A stretch of 64,000 bases of DNA from Takakia lepidozioides (GCA_030704615.1 CM060731.1:64170001-64234000), one strand, 5' to 3'. Counted from the first letter of the stretch, positions 47,849 through 60,718 are shown. Notes: generated from the letters alone by a model not told the origin. Made by a program: numbers and translations.

Positions 47849-48579
47849 AAGAAGAACTTGGAAGAGAGAGCACAAAGAAAGAGCACAAAGAGAGAGCGAG
47901 TGAGAGTGAGAGACTTCCAGAAATGAAATGAGTTGTGAGAGAAGAGAGACAACAGCCTACCTTTATATTCTTGAGAGGGGATGCTCGTTTGCTTGGTTGC
48001 TGCTCCTGCGGATGCTTGCAAGTTGATAGAGCTTTGAATGTGCATCAATACATGGAAGACAAACCGCCGAAAGAGTTGAAAGCAGGGCCGGTGGTGACAG
48101 CATGTGCAGAAGCAATTTCAAACTTGAGCATAAGTGCGCTGCACAGGAAACCCTAGATGGAGGAAAGAGAGAGACAAAAGATAATGAAAGGAATAACCTA
48201 AGAGCGCTATGAGAAATTTAACATCATAAAAAATTAATGTAAGGTGGTTTGAACCTGAGATTGCATAGATGTGAACTTTAAGCTTGTTTATCTAACCAAC
48301 AACCCAAAGTGTATGATGTATATAGACTCTAACTTCTTCCTGACTTGCTTCTTCCTGACGTCTTGAACTTGCTGACACGTGTCTTTTTCATCCCAAAAAA
48401 TGAAAAACAGACATTTTCAGTCTATTTTAACGCATTTCTACCACCATTTGTTTTTACATCCTCCTCCGCGGCCACCCCTTCATCCCCCTCCGCGGCCACC
48501 TTTTTCATTTGCTGTGAATTTATTCATCCAAATTGTCAACCTACTCAAAAATAAAACGGTTCTTCTAGCATAAAGGTTT

Positions 48580-48860
48580 GAATGCACCACGGCACAGGAA
48601 GATGATGTGATCACCAGGCCGGACCGGTCCACATAACAGCCTCCCCAAGACCACCGGGTGATATGATCCTGATCACTTGCAAAAGTATTGTGCAATGGTT
48701 TATCAGGAATTTTACGCAATTGCCGCCATCCTCAAGTGGAGACATTGAACCCCAGTAAACATGGAGTGTTGCTGCCAACAGCCTCAGTAGTCCCAGCTAG
48801 CAACAAACAGTTCCGCCTTTCCACCAAGCACATAGATCCCTCTATGTGATTGCGGGTCTG
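48580..48860 (-). pseudogene. Kelch-repeat-like exon relic
   Basis: RGIYVLGGK, then frameshifted LLGFNVST*GWRQLRKIP. Confidence 0.3.
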
Positions 48861-49539
48861 TGTCCAAACTGGATTGTCGTTGAGTCAGGTGCCTCACATA
48901 AGCCTCAGTGTTACATTACACCTTACAGAGAATGAACTCGCATCTTTTAGACTGTTCATAATAAATCGTAGTAGCCATCAAGACACTACGAGAAAGAGAG
49001 AGCACAGCTTTTACGCTCACCCAAATGGTTTCTTAATATGCCCCCAAGTCAAATGAGAGTTTCCTCCCATTGAGTTCTGTCAAACAGAGAAAAACATTTC
49101 AGAATATTGTGGTATCAACTATGTGTTGATGAGAAACAGTGGGGAACATGTGAGCTGACCAATTAATAAACTTCTTGGAGGCACGGAAGATTTCCCATTT
49201 GCTCACTGAAAAGGCACCTTAGAGAAGACTTCTGAACCATCTTCAACTCACGGGATTAGCTTGGGATTCAAAAACAGCTTGTTGTCTAGGTTAAACAGTT
49301 GAGATTTCATGACCTTGATTGCATGCAGCTGCTCGTCAACCTTCTTCCATCACTTCTGTCTATTACATGTGCTAGTGTAGGCCTAAACAGGCATCATGGT
49401 AGTAGTGCATTTTGGAAAAAAAATAAAAATTGGGTGGTATATGAAAAATGTTTTTCTGCTTTTCTGTGGGTTTTGTTGACATTTTCTTGGATTCTGCTTC
49501 TGGGCTCAGATTCACCTGGTCAAATCTGAGATCCCCCCT

Positions 49540-52085
49540 GCACCTTGTATGGCTCGCCTGGACAGAATTTACTGCTCTCATTTGCCTCTCTCCTGGTCAA
49601 GATATCTGAGTGCCCTATCCTGGCTGATTTTGATCGTGCCATCGTGTCTGCAGAATTTAGACCTCCTGGCTTTCACTCTAGAGGCCGTGGCTACTTCAAA
49701 CTAATCCCAGGCATTTTGAAGCAGGCTGTTTACCTACAGCAGCTGGAAAATGAGTGGTCTTCTTCTGGGTGTGGTTGTCGCGGTCACCTTCCTGCATAAG
49801 CTTCATGCCCCAAGAAGATTGGTGCAATCTCTCTCCCATTCCATTGCCTTGGAAAGGTCACGAAGGCTTAAGTCCTTGACTAGATGCTTGGTTCACTGTC
49901 AAAGTCAAATTGAAAAAGGTCATTTAGGTGCTATGACCATGGAATCCTATCTCATTGCTAAAAGGAACCTGGCGGCTCTATCTGCTGAGACAGAGAACTA
50001 AAGACTTATCTTGGAATAAACAATTGATCCAGGTTTTCAAGATATCCTCTAGAAATCCCCTGGCTCACCAATTATTAAGAAGATCAAATCCTTGATGATG
50101 AACTTTATTTGGGGGGACCTCACCTTCCTCCCCGAACAAAAGAGCTTTGGTCAGCTGGGACCAGCTATGTCAAAGCAAGAAGAATGGAGGATTTGGGGTT
50201 TTGGACCCGCAAACGCAGATCACTGCGCTTCTGGCTAAATGGGTCCCCAGAGTCTTGACTCACCTCTCCAGCCCCTGGAGTCGTCTGGTTCGTAATCACC
50301 TGCTGGCTGCAACGCCCCGAACCAGCTTGAAGTGGCCTAAGGTGGACTGTGCAAGGAGGCAACTCCAATGTGAACCTGGGGTTGGGTTCGAAGGCCTGGC
50401 AGTCTATCTGGTTGGCATGGTGCAAGCTCTGCCCCTTTCTATCCCCTCCTCATTCAGTGTTTAATCGTGACTCTGATGCTTTGATTACTTGTTCTAAGCG
50501 TTGGGCGGAATGGGAAGTTGCAGGTCTGGCGCACCTCCTGCATTTTTGGGATGATGCCTCAGACTCCTTTGTTTTGGCTGGACTTCTCTGCTCTCTGAAC
50601 CGCACCTCAAAAGTTCCTGGCTGGTTTGGCTACTATGTAGATTACAAACCCAGGGCCATCTTTGCGGTCAGCAGTAACAGTAATCTCATTAGTGGCATTG
50701 GCTTCACTATGGATCAGATGGGGATGCTTTCAGCCCCGGTATCGATGAGTATCCCAGCCAATTCTGATTGTTTTGAGATCAGAGTTATCTGTTTGCTTTC
50801 TGGCAAACCTAATCCTGTTCCCCCCATTGAGCTACCTCACTATAATCGTTCATTTTGTTGGTTCCTGTTGGCTCCCTTAAAGTTGCTGCAGTTTGACCCT
50901 GGCAAATGGTCTTGGTTGAATAAGGAGCGCGACCCCTTCAATTACTCCGTGAAGTTGGGTTATAAGCTGCTGTTGTCTAAGAGAGGCTTGGACTACAAAT
51001 GGACCAAAATATGGGAGCACCTCCCTGGTCACCCAGTTACTGGGAAAGCAGTTTGGGTTGACATTTGGAAAAAGCATAGAGCCACTAAGGTGGCAGCCTT
51101 TCTCTGGAAGATTGCGAATAGAATTCTTCCAGTTGCTGCCCCGTTCTTGGACTCTCCTTCTGAGTGTGTTTCCTATAATCTTCATGCTTCTGAGGGTTTG
51201 GAACACTGTTTGGTTTTTTGTCCATTTGCGAGGGCAGTATGGGATAAGGCCCTTTCCCTTACTCCAATTGGTCTGCTAATCTGTGTTTCTCTCCTTCTGT
51301 TATGCTGCTGAATATTAAGGAAGGGACCATTTCTTCTCTTGTCCGGTTTGGGAGTCAATCAGGGGTATCATATTGTGGCACATCTGGGAAATGAGGTGTG
51401 CAGTGGTAATTCAGAGGGTGAGGCCATGTTTGCAGAGAGTTTGGTATTTGGCTCACTCAGACTTGATGTTTGAAAGCGTGGTCTGTTCTGGTTTCAGCTC
51501 TCCCAAAGTGTGGCTGTTCTAGGAGAAACCAGCTGCTTGCCGCCTTCGACAAATCCTGGGGGAAAGGATACATCTTCTGCAGGAGGATTTCAGACTCAAG
51601 GATCGCATGGGAAGACTCCAACCCTGCCTGTTGGACGCTCCATTAGCTCGAAGCTTTTCCCCATTGGAAGACTCGGAGGTCAACTGGAGATACAAGCGTA
51701 GAAAGGGCAAATAAAAAACCCGGCTCTCTTTTGATGCCCCCAAAACGTACGAGGGGCAGTTCGTAGTTTCTAGCTGCTTAGCTTGGTTGCTAGTTTCTGG
51801 CCTCTGCTTCTGCTGCGTCATGTTTTGAATCTCTGTCACTTCTTTTCATCTCCTCTGTAGCTCTGCATTTGCTGTGGCTTATGATTGTATAAGTTTGGTG
51901 TTTAGTTGCAGCCTTCTTTAAAATCTTCTGAACTTTTCTCCTTCCTGTTACTATGGCTCGGAGTGGAACCTCATTACTCAGCCTTCATGCCAAATGTAAG
52001 GTTATTTTTTCCTTCCCATTTTAATAAGGTTTACACGACTACAATGTACAATCCCCCTGTTCTCTAAAACACAAGAAAAAAAAAA
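49540..52085 (+). mobile_element. L1-clade LINE relic: endonuclease C-terminus joined to post-RT region and zf-RVT; RT core absent; A-tail
   Basis: ARLDRIYC...GRGYFKL; NFIWG...LVSWDQLCQSKKNGGFGV...ALLAKW; KVAAFLWKIANRILP...EGLEHCLVFCPFARAVW; A-run at 52076-52085. Confidence 0.85.
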
Positions 52086-52143
52086 GTAAAGACAAATATA
52101 ACAGCAGCTCATTACATTTTTTTCTGCAATGACTACATATATA

Positions 52144-52260
52144 GAAGAAGAAGAAGACTCCGGCCTAAACCCGTGTAAGTAAGAGCCATAAGTAAGAGCC
52201 ATAAGTAAGAGCCATTTCGCCTTGCGGCTACAGCCCCTTCTCAGGGGTGGGCCCTATGAC
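52144..52260 (-). mobile_element. Short insertion in a TA microsatellite with a (TCT)4 tail and 3 x 13-bp repeat
   Basis: Flanked by TATATA and (TA)8; TAAGTAAGAGCCA x3; GAA x4 at one end. Confidence 0.4.
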
Positions 52261-55200
52261 TATATATATATATATAGCATGCCCACTGCCTATACGATAT
52301 CATTCCTATTGTGGTTTCACACAAACCATTTTCATTTTTCATATCAGTGTGAATAAGTTCATAAGTGTCTTCAGCAGAGTGTCTTCAGCAGGCACTTTGT
52401 CAGAGGGTGATGTTCGAAATCTTTGATGTGATCTTGTTGTTGCTCTGTTTTGTTCCATGGGCCCCATTGATGTTGTTGAGTCTCTCCCATTCCTTTTAGT
52501 TACCTTCTGTCTTCTCTAGCTCTCCGACTTATGCAATGCCTAATACAACATTTTGGGGCAGAGTGATGTCTCTTTACAAATTTTCCCATGGCCTCTATAG
52601 CCAAGATCCAAAGTGCCTTGCTTTTCTCCCTGCAAGAGGCATTCCACACTCTGGCCACGTTTGTTTCAGACCCTATGACACTGTTTTGTCACTCTGCCTG
52701 GTACTGTTTCATTCCATCTCCTTGGATCCTTTGGGTCTCCCTCTCTCTGTGGACCATGAGCATCGCAGCCCTCTGTGGACCTTATATAATTGTTGTGAGC
52801 GGTACTATGCTCCTCTTTGGATGCATATTCTGTTGGCCTCTTTGCTCTGAATTTGGCATGATTATGCACTTTGGGTAGTACTAGAAAAGATTTTCAGTTT
52901 TGAAGGGGAACCAAATGCACCTTGTAGACACAGTCAAGAGGGAAGCTGTTGCCGAGCTCAGGGTCCAGCATCCCCCTCACCACCTCCACTGTAGGGTCCT
53001 TCAGTGCTCTGGACATCTAAGGCAGCCCATCAAAAAGACATGTACACTGACGGTCAGTCAAACAATGGAAGGGTGAGTGATGTGCCTAAGCTGATTATCT
53101 TGTACAAGATGCAGCGGCTGCAGCAGAGCATTGCCATACTCACCCTGTGCTGCCTATTTCAAATAGCCCCTCTGGCTTGGAGGGTGGGATTCATTCTGCT
53201 TCTGCGACATGAACTCCTTCCACCCTCCAGACTGTGTGAGTGATGTAATGCGGCAGGACCTAGATGCCCCTTAAATCTTCCCTTCGAACAGTGTGGAAGG
53301 ATCCAGACTGAAGATTGTTGTCAAACATGACACTTACCCGTGAAACAAGGGACCAATGACGTTGTGATCAATGACAGTTGGAAAGCAGTCCTTCACCTTC
53401 CAACCAGACAAACAGCTATCGCAACGTTGGTTTTCAAAAATTGAAACCTTTACATCAACGTGCTGTGTGCCTTTCTTCCTTTTATTTGAAGCCACGACTC
53501 CATCTAGCTTCTCTGATTGGCTTTCACCTTTTCTCCGTTTACTTCTCTTCAATCCCCCCTCAATGGCTCCCATAACAAGTCTCAGTGATGGGCCCAATTC
53601 ATGTATATCTACTCCCAATCCCCGTCTCTTTTAACTTCCCCAACTTTCTGTTCTTCTTGTTCAATTTCCGAGGTTTATCTTGTCTCTTGAACAGGGCGTC
53701 CTTTTTCAGGCTCTTACCTGACTCCTCTTATGAAGGGGATATGCCCTCTCGTGACCCAAACTCATTACCATCTACCCCAAAATCGGGCGTACTTAAACTA
53801 TTTGCCTCCTTCTTCCTCTTTGGTTCTGGACCCTTAGCCAAACTAAAACCCAACTCGGCCATGTCTCCCTCTAGTTTAAGAGCACTGGTGGAGGCCAACA
53901 ACTCGCGCAACACTGGAGCTTCACCATTGGCTTCTTTGATTTGCCTCTTTCTCTGTCCCGTGGAAATCACATCTGTGGCTGGACTCCTTTTATGTTTATT
54001 TACGGTACAATATACGGTAGTTCCACTTTATTTCCTGATCTTCTCTCAATGAAGTTGAGCAATTGTAAGTTGGAACTTCAAGACTTGAAGTCGTCTTGAC
54101 TTCTATGTCTGATAGGAAGCGAATAACTGTGGACAACAAGCAGGATGGTGCTATTGTAAAAGGAGACTATTGGAAACAAGAATGAGTTCGGCATTGTCTT
54201 ACACAGAAGACCAAAGAAGCATGGGCAAAATTGACCCAAGACATGTGGCTCAAGATGAACATGCCGAGGTAACAGGAGATATCTTTATCCCCGGGGCCCT
54301 GTAGAATATATTCTGGACTGGGGTAGAAGAATTCATGGGATCTTCGTTGAATCCGGAGATGATGCAAGACGGAATAGCTAGAACTTTCCATAACAGGTGG
54401 TTCTTAAGTAGTCAGCTGCGCCATGCAACCTCATTGAAGCAAGTAGCTTAACATTGGAAAATATCAACAAACATCATTAGGCACAGCTAGAGTTCACAAG
54501 CCACAGATGCTAACAATCATTTGCTTTATTTGTGCACTAACCCTTAGTTTCAAGGATGTCTTTAAAATTACAACGATGAAACATCTGCCAAAGGCAGGCC
54601 TCATGGGGATCCCAATGATACAAAAACTAAGCTACCATAAGCGTAGAGGAGGAAAGCAGGGAATACATGTTATAGGTAGAGCTTCGAACTTCAAAGATTG
54701 TTGCATCATCCTTGTGAATTGGTGGGAATCAACATCCTTTAAGAACAAATAGCTGCAACCACAGTCATCCCAGAGTACTACTAGATCGGAGGTCGTTCAT
54801 TTGGACATGTAAAGAGCCCCCCTGCCCTTCGGGGGAAAAAAGCAGACATGAAATTGCTGCAGTTCTTTACAGCCCTCTTCTCTGTCACTGACTTGGAAAA
54901 CCTCTTTACTCAGCATAGAAAGCCCTGGATTTCACAATCTGAATTCCACCTCACCCCCATGTCACATATGCAGATGCGATGAAACTAACCGAAACCCCAG
55001 ATCTTAGGTCAACGCACAATTGAATCTTACCGGAGTAATTTTTTTTTCCTGCCTCCCATCCGCTAGCACACATGCCCCCTTAGCTGTTCACAAAAGCTGT
55101 TCGACAGCAGTGCCTCAACAAGCCCATGATGCTCTTGAGAAGCCGCATGAATATCAGATGAAACAAACCTTGAAGACACTGACTTGAGAAGAGTCGTTCT

Positions 55201-55616
55201 AAGAACTTGGAGCGGAGGAAGCAGCTTTTTCTTTGTTTGGCTTGGGAGCCTGCCAATCGAGTCAAGGGAGGGGAATGTCACCGACAATTTATCTGACTTT
55301 CCATTGCTGGAGTTCTTTCCAGGTAAAACATGTGCCCCTTTCTTTCCATAATTTATGTAACTTGTCACTTACGCTACATTTGTCAATGCCTCTAGAAACA
55401 AGCATGATAATGCCTGGAACCTTTGTAGGTGAGTGCACATAGCAAGAATACAACAGGATCTTCCAATCACAGAGTCCGGCTCTTCAAAGAATATTGCGTG
55501 TGGACACTTTTTAACAAGGTATGGCAAGATTGTAAATGGAGTTCTCACAGAGCAAGCTTTCCAAATAGCAAAAGGAGGATACAACAAGCACACAATACAC
55601 TGAGATTAAAGAGTAC

Positions 55617-58600
55617 CTTAGGTTCTTTCTTTACGTCCGGAGGCTTGGCGGTGTCCAGAGTAATGAGACGCGTGTCCTTGTCGTATATCAAGCTGGAACC
55701 GCACCTGCAAAGCAAGACCAAGACAATTTAAAGGTTCAGCAACAACCCATTTTTCCTTTCTAGACTCAATTCTACATACTATTATAACGTTCACCTTCCC
55801 TGAAGACCTCCAAGGTAACATGCGTTCACTTGGTTGAGTATGATCAGTGAAACTAAATGGCTGTATCCCTGGTTTCCAATTGCTTAGGTTGAGAGAGAAT
55901 TTCCGCAAATCTCACTATGCTTTGGGGCAGATAGAGTGGCTCTGAGACCCTGAGAGCACTCCCATACGCTTACTACATTGGTCTAAAAAAGACTAAGAAT
56001 TACCAGTGCAAGTATTGACCTTTAGCTTCAGGCTAACTTTCAGTTCCACAAGGAGTCAGTGTCTATTCGTCAGAAAGCAACACAGAGAGGGATCTATCAC
56101 TTCTAATTGCACACAAACTTAACAACAAGGTGAACAGAGGTTTGGCAAAACTAACCCTTCGCATTTGACATTGTTGATGGCCCCACCACTTGGAACAGTG
56201 AGAATAGTGCCAAAGAAGGAGGTAGTGTTATTGCCACAATTTGGACATGGGCCCTGCAATCATGCATGGTTGGTTAAAATGACAGTGATCATAATTGGTC
56301 ACACTTCCAGGTGAGCTGATGGTCATGAGCTTCTCACAGGAAGCAATTTTAAATCTAATCGAATTCAATCCAAATTAGCCCCAAGATAAGACATTGCTCC
56401 CAAAGTCAGAGGGCATCAACAATGATATATGAACCACAGTGAAGCCCATCATATTGTGCCAAATTAAATAAGCAAACATTGACACAAATATTGACTCAGT
56501 GTCTGGGATTACAAATCTCCTCTCTACCTCTAAACTCAGGGAAAACATATTCTTCCTGCAAAGTGAATAAGGTTAACACTCTGAAACAAAGCAATTTGGT
56601 TTTTTAGGTTGACAACCTCACCTTTAAAATGAGGGCATCCTTTAGAATGACATTGGTGAGAGATTGGGCAATCAAGTAGGTCACAGGCAACACAATGAAC
56701 CACGTGAACAAGAAACTGTATGGCTCTGGTAACTGCAACTCGGGAACAAAGAATATTAGTCACGGAAATGGTCAACTAACACTGCCACATTAAAAATTAA
56801 AGGCCATCATAGCACTCTCAGCATCTCTGCACACATTAAGACCATGGATTTCACTATAAGGTAAACCCATACATTTAGATGAATTTAGAGATTGTTTGTC
56901 GGCTTGTACCCAAAGAAAGAAAGAGACTCTATGTTGTCCTAGAGCTTTTGGGACAAGAACGTACATCAAACTAGGATAACAGGAAAAATTTCTGTAGGGA
57001 AACCCAGGGCCTCATGAAGGTAAACCACCAAGCTAGAGAACGATGGAGAGAAGTGACTGCAAATCCTAGACCGAACAGAATTGAGCTACTCAATCGACAG
57101 CAGTTTATGAGAAAAGCTATGGATATAATTGCACCTCAAGCAAGTAGGTGATCTCAAACCCCGTCACATCATCCAGGAAAAACACCCTGAACATCACAAA
57201 CAAATTGCCGTAGATGTTTTAGGACAGTCCAACCACAAGTCAGGAGTATGTTGAGCTCTTACAGTGCAAACTTACAACATACAGTACCATTACAATTGAC
57301 TTTCAGAAGTCACTAGTACTCCTGCAAAGACTCCAGAAGGGTACAGTCAACATCTAGATTTCTGAAGGTGAAAACTGTCTGTTGACTGAGATCCTTGTGC
57401 AGATCATGAGTGCACCCTAGTGATAAATGTATCAGAAACAATAGAACACATCCAAGGAGCATAGCACATACAAATACCCTGGACACACTAGTTTGAGATA
57501 TTAAAGCTAATCCAGGTACTTTGCATGAGAACTTACAAGCCAAGAGCCACAAGGGCAGCCGGAACATTCAGCAGAGTCATTTTGAGATAGTCCACAGCTG
57601 AATCACTCACCACCTGCCATACATGAAGAGAAGTACCTTCAAACAAACTTTCAAAAGTCCAATTTGTCTGTCTCAACTTTCTAATTGCAAAGAGAATCCA
57701 TGTTTACACTATAAAGTTTGAGTGCCATACCACGAAAGCAAATAAAACACCACGAGGACTGCGAAAAGCATATGCAATCAGTCAAAGATTCAGAGATGAA
57801 GGGTTTACACATGGGTTCCTATCGTACCTTCTTGCTTCGAAGACTACACCGTGGTCCCTCCATAGCAACTTTGCTGCCCTTCGTCTGTCATCACTCCCCT
57901 CCACCCCGTTCATGCCCAAAATGTCAACTCAATCTCCACCTCAATCAAGTTAAACATGAAATAAGCAAACAGCCACTGTGTAATGATTTGATGTCCAATC
58001 CACAAAGAGCAGTTGTGCAATGCCAAAGCTGGGATGAGGGTTGATTGAGGGAAGAGTGACCAATGAAACACAGGGGTACCGCAGTGAGAAGGACTAAAAT
58101 TTTCACCTTAAGCTTAAGCTTAAGTTCATCGAATTCTTTGTCACTAAGAATGGGCCGGCCCGCCACATAGGCCAATGATGCTTCCATAAATTTCTGCTCA
58201 TCTGAGCCTGACAAGGCACAATATCAGAGATAATTCGGGTATTAGCATAGCACAATGAAGATTTAGTAGTCATCACACACATAGATACCTTTGTCTAGAT
58301 GGAACATGGAATGTATCTATAAACATTAATCTGTGCAAATCTGCAAACTACTGTCCACAGGGTGGCAGAAGTACTTCTCATGATCCAGACAAGATATAAT
58401 GTGCTGCAAAGACAATAAGGACAGAGAAGCTTACTGAGAATTACGACGCTGCTGCCCTCCCAAATTAACTCCTCCTTAAGATTATCAAACTCCTCATTGG
58501 ACATAATTGGTTTCTTGTCAAGTTGTAAAAGAACAACAATTTGTAAAACTTAGGTTCAATGCCTGCGAGACTTCTGGGGAGAATGGCGATCCATTGCAAG

Positions 58601-59634
58601 GTGAAGTGTCCATTACAATCTTAAAAAGAACCAACAATTTGTAAAACTTAGGGTTCATGCCTGCGAGACTTCTGGGTGAGAATGGCGATCCATTTGCAAG
58701 GTGAAGTGTCCCAATTACAAATCTCCCCGCCAACCTTAAGGTAGCTTAATAGCTCAACTGATCAAGATGCTGATGAGCAATACTGTACACTTTTTCTGTT
58801 AACATTGTCACAAACCAAACCTGGAGGGCTTCAAGGAATTCCTGCTCCAGCTCACCAACGGTCTTCTTATCAGCTTTTTTATCGATGTTGCAGTAAGGCA
58901 ATATTCTGCTATCCCTTGTCTCATCCCCCACTACCTGGCCTGTCACACATGCAAACATACTAGTAAGGTACGCCTATTGTTTAGCTCAACAGCAACAAGA
59001 CTGGTTTAGTTGGATAGTAAATATTCTAGCCAACTGGCTAATCATTCGCAAACACTGGATCCCTGTATGTGGCCTTGATAATTAGAATGTAGCTGCTTTC
59101 TCTCCCCAAAAACTTCAGAAGTCTTTCCGTCAATTTGCTAAAGACCTACAGAAGTCGCTCATGATATACCGGCATATTCCTCGTTACCAGCTGGTGTACC
59201 CATAATCAAACACGAGATTGAACTCGACTACCTATCTCACAGGGTAATAAGGCTTTGCCGGTCCGCCATAAAAAATCCTGCTCCTGAAGGTTCTACCGCA
59301 TACATAATTGTCGACAAGCTCCTAACATACAGTGGCATTCAATCTTCTAAGTCGCTGGAATCTCCACAATTTTACAGCACTGTTATATCCCCTCCTCCTT
59401 TTCCTTCATTTCTTCAACCTTAGATAAAACTGAGCATTGCGAGAGAAAAGCTTGTACTCCTTCATTGTACAAAATTCGTGAGGACATCAGTGCGTTTAAA
59501 CAAAAAACAAACAACAACAAATAACAACAAACCCAACTCTCCTAAATAAGTAGAAACCTTTTGTCTTGTATTACACATTGGAAAACGATTTCGGAGCATA
59601 AGCGCCAGGAGACACATACCATTGCATTTGCCAT
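55617..59634 (-). CDS. PGRL1: PGR5-like protein 1 (thylakoid cyclic electron flow). Exons 58939-58821, ~58530-58435, 58207-58107, 57884-57828, 57613-57537, 57186-57135, 56732-56622, 56253-56156, 55704-55617; 5' exons and final stop uncertain
   Basis: ILPYCNIDKK...GELEQEFLEALQ; IMSNEEFDNLKEELIWEGSSVVILSSDEQKFMEASLAYVAG; EGPRCSLRSKK; DYLKMTLLNVPA; FFLDDVTGFEITYLLELPEPYSF; LILKGPCPNCG...FFGTIL...KCEGCGSSLIYDKDTRLITL. Splice phases are consistent. Confidence 0.95.
58527..58724. repeat. Two tandem copies of about 100 bp abutting a PGRL1 exon start
   Basis: AACAATTTGTAAAACTTAGG...GCCTGCGAGACTTCTGGG...GTGAAGTGTCC...TTACAA twice, differing mostly by 1-bp indels. Confidence 0.9.
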
Positions 59635-60002
59635 TCCGTCCTGGCCAGCATAAGAAAACCCGCTCTCTTTGCAGCAGTAGAGCCTCTCAAAATCCGGGCA
59701 ATTGACTCCTCCCATCGTCCCGCCCTGGCAGCATTCAATCTGAGCGCCGGGTGATGATGAGGCCGGACAGGGGCAGACACAGGTTGCAGGGGGAGAGAAG
59801 CGGCTCGCAGACCCAGGCACGCCCCTTGCTAACTCAAATTTATAGAACTCTTCAGCTCCTCCACTTTCGGTTCCCCACCCTGTCAATGCCAGTGTGAGAG
59901 CTCTGCGGGAGCAGGACCGTTCTCTCTGGAAGGACTGGGCCCAGAGCCACACCGAGCCCGGCCAATGCCAAGCGCGGGTTATCCTGGCGCGGATACCACA
60001 AG

Positions 60003-60012
60003 GCCACGTGTC
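60003..60012. promoter_or_regulatory. G-box (GCCACGTGTC) upstream of PGRL1
   Basis: CACGTG core at 60005-60010, about 370 bp upstream of the candidate ATG. TTTATA near 59840 is a TATA-like box on the minus strand. G-boxes are typical of light-regulated plant promoters. Confidence 0.45.
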
Positions 60013-60177
60013 CCTGGCTTAAACCCGGGCTGGGTTTATCCTGGTGCGACAGAGAAGACACCAGACCCTCCCGAGATATCAAATTGTGTGGAAAGCCTAC
60101 AACACCATTCTTTGCACAAGATCAAGGGGAAGGGGATTTAGTTGTGTTATTTCGTGCAGAAATGTGAATGAATCAGC

Positions 60178-60718
60178 TTTGACGAGGACTCTTCGAAGAT
60201 CCGTCACAATCGCCTGACAACAAGTTGAGAAGGTGATGCTATCCTTACTTAGGGTATGAAAACCTGTCAAGGAGGCGTTCTTACTGAAGCTAGCTTGGAA
60301 TATTTCCATAGATCCTTCACAATCGCGTGACAACAAGTTTGAGAAGGTGATGCTATCCTTACGCAGGACATGAAAATCTGTCAAGGATGCGTGTCTAAAC
60401 TGAGCTTGAATTTCATAGATCCTTCACAATCGCGTGACAACAAGTTGAGAAGGTGATGCTATCCTTACGCAGGACATGAAAATCTGTCAAGGAGGCGTTC
60501 TGACCGAAGTTTGAATTTCATAGATCCTTCACAATCGCGTGAACAACATTTGAGATCCTTACGTAGCACGTGAAAAATTTTCAGGAGGCGTTCTGACCGA
60601 AGCTTGAATTTCATAGATCCTTCACAATGGCGTGACAGCAAGTTGAGAAGGTGATGCTATCCTTACGCAGGACATGAAAATCTGTCAAGTCGGCGTTCTG
60701 ACTGAAGCTTTAATTTCA
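60178..60718. repeat. Tandem repeat, about 5 x 95-112 bp
   Basis: GATCCTTCACAATCGCGTGACAACAAGTTGAGAAGGTGATGCTATCCTTACGCAGGACATGAAAATCTGTCAAGGAGGCGTTCTGAC recurs. Confidence 0.95.

Larger units (their letters stand above)
42430..48574 (-). mobile_element. Helentron/Helitron2 (HLE2)-type rolling-circle element, 3'-truncated (no helicase)
   Basis: Largely AT-rich block carrying Rep and OB-fold genes in the same orientation. Candidate 5' terminus TTTATGCTAGAAGAACCG near 48574. Confidence 0.8.

Noticed and set aside
52430-54420. Minus-strand Lys-rich exon-like blocks and a possible second LINE 3' fragment
   Set aside because: Contain stops and frameshifts with no diagnostic motif. They cannot be tied to PGRL1, the kelch relic or a LINE without a search.
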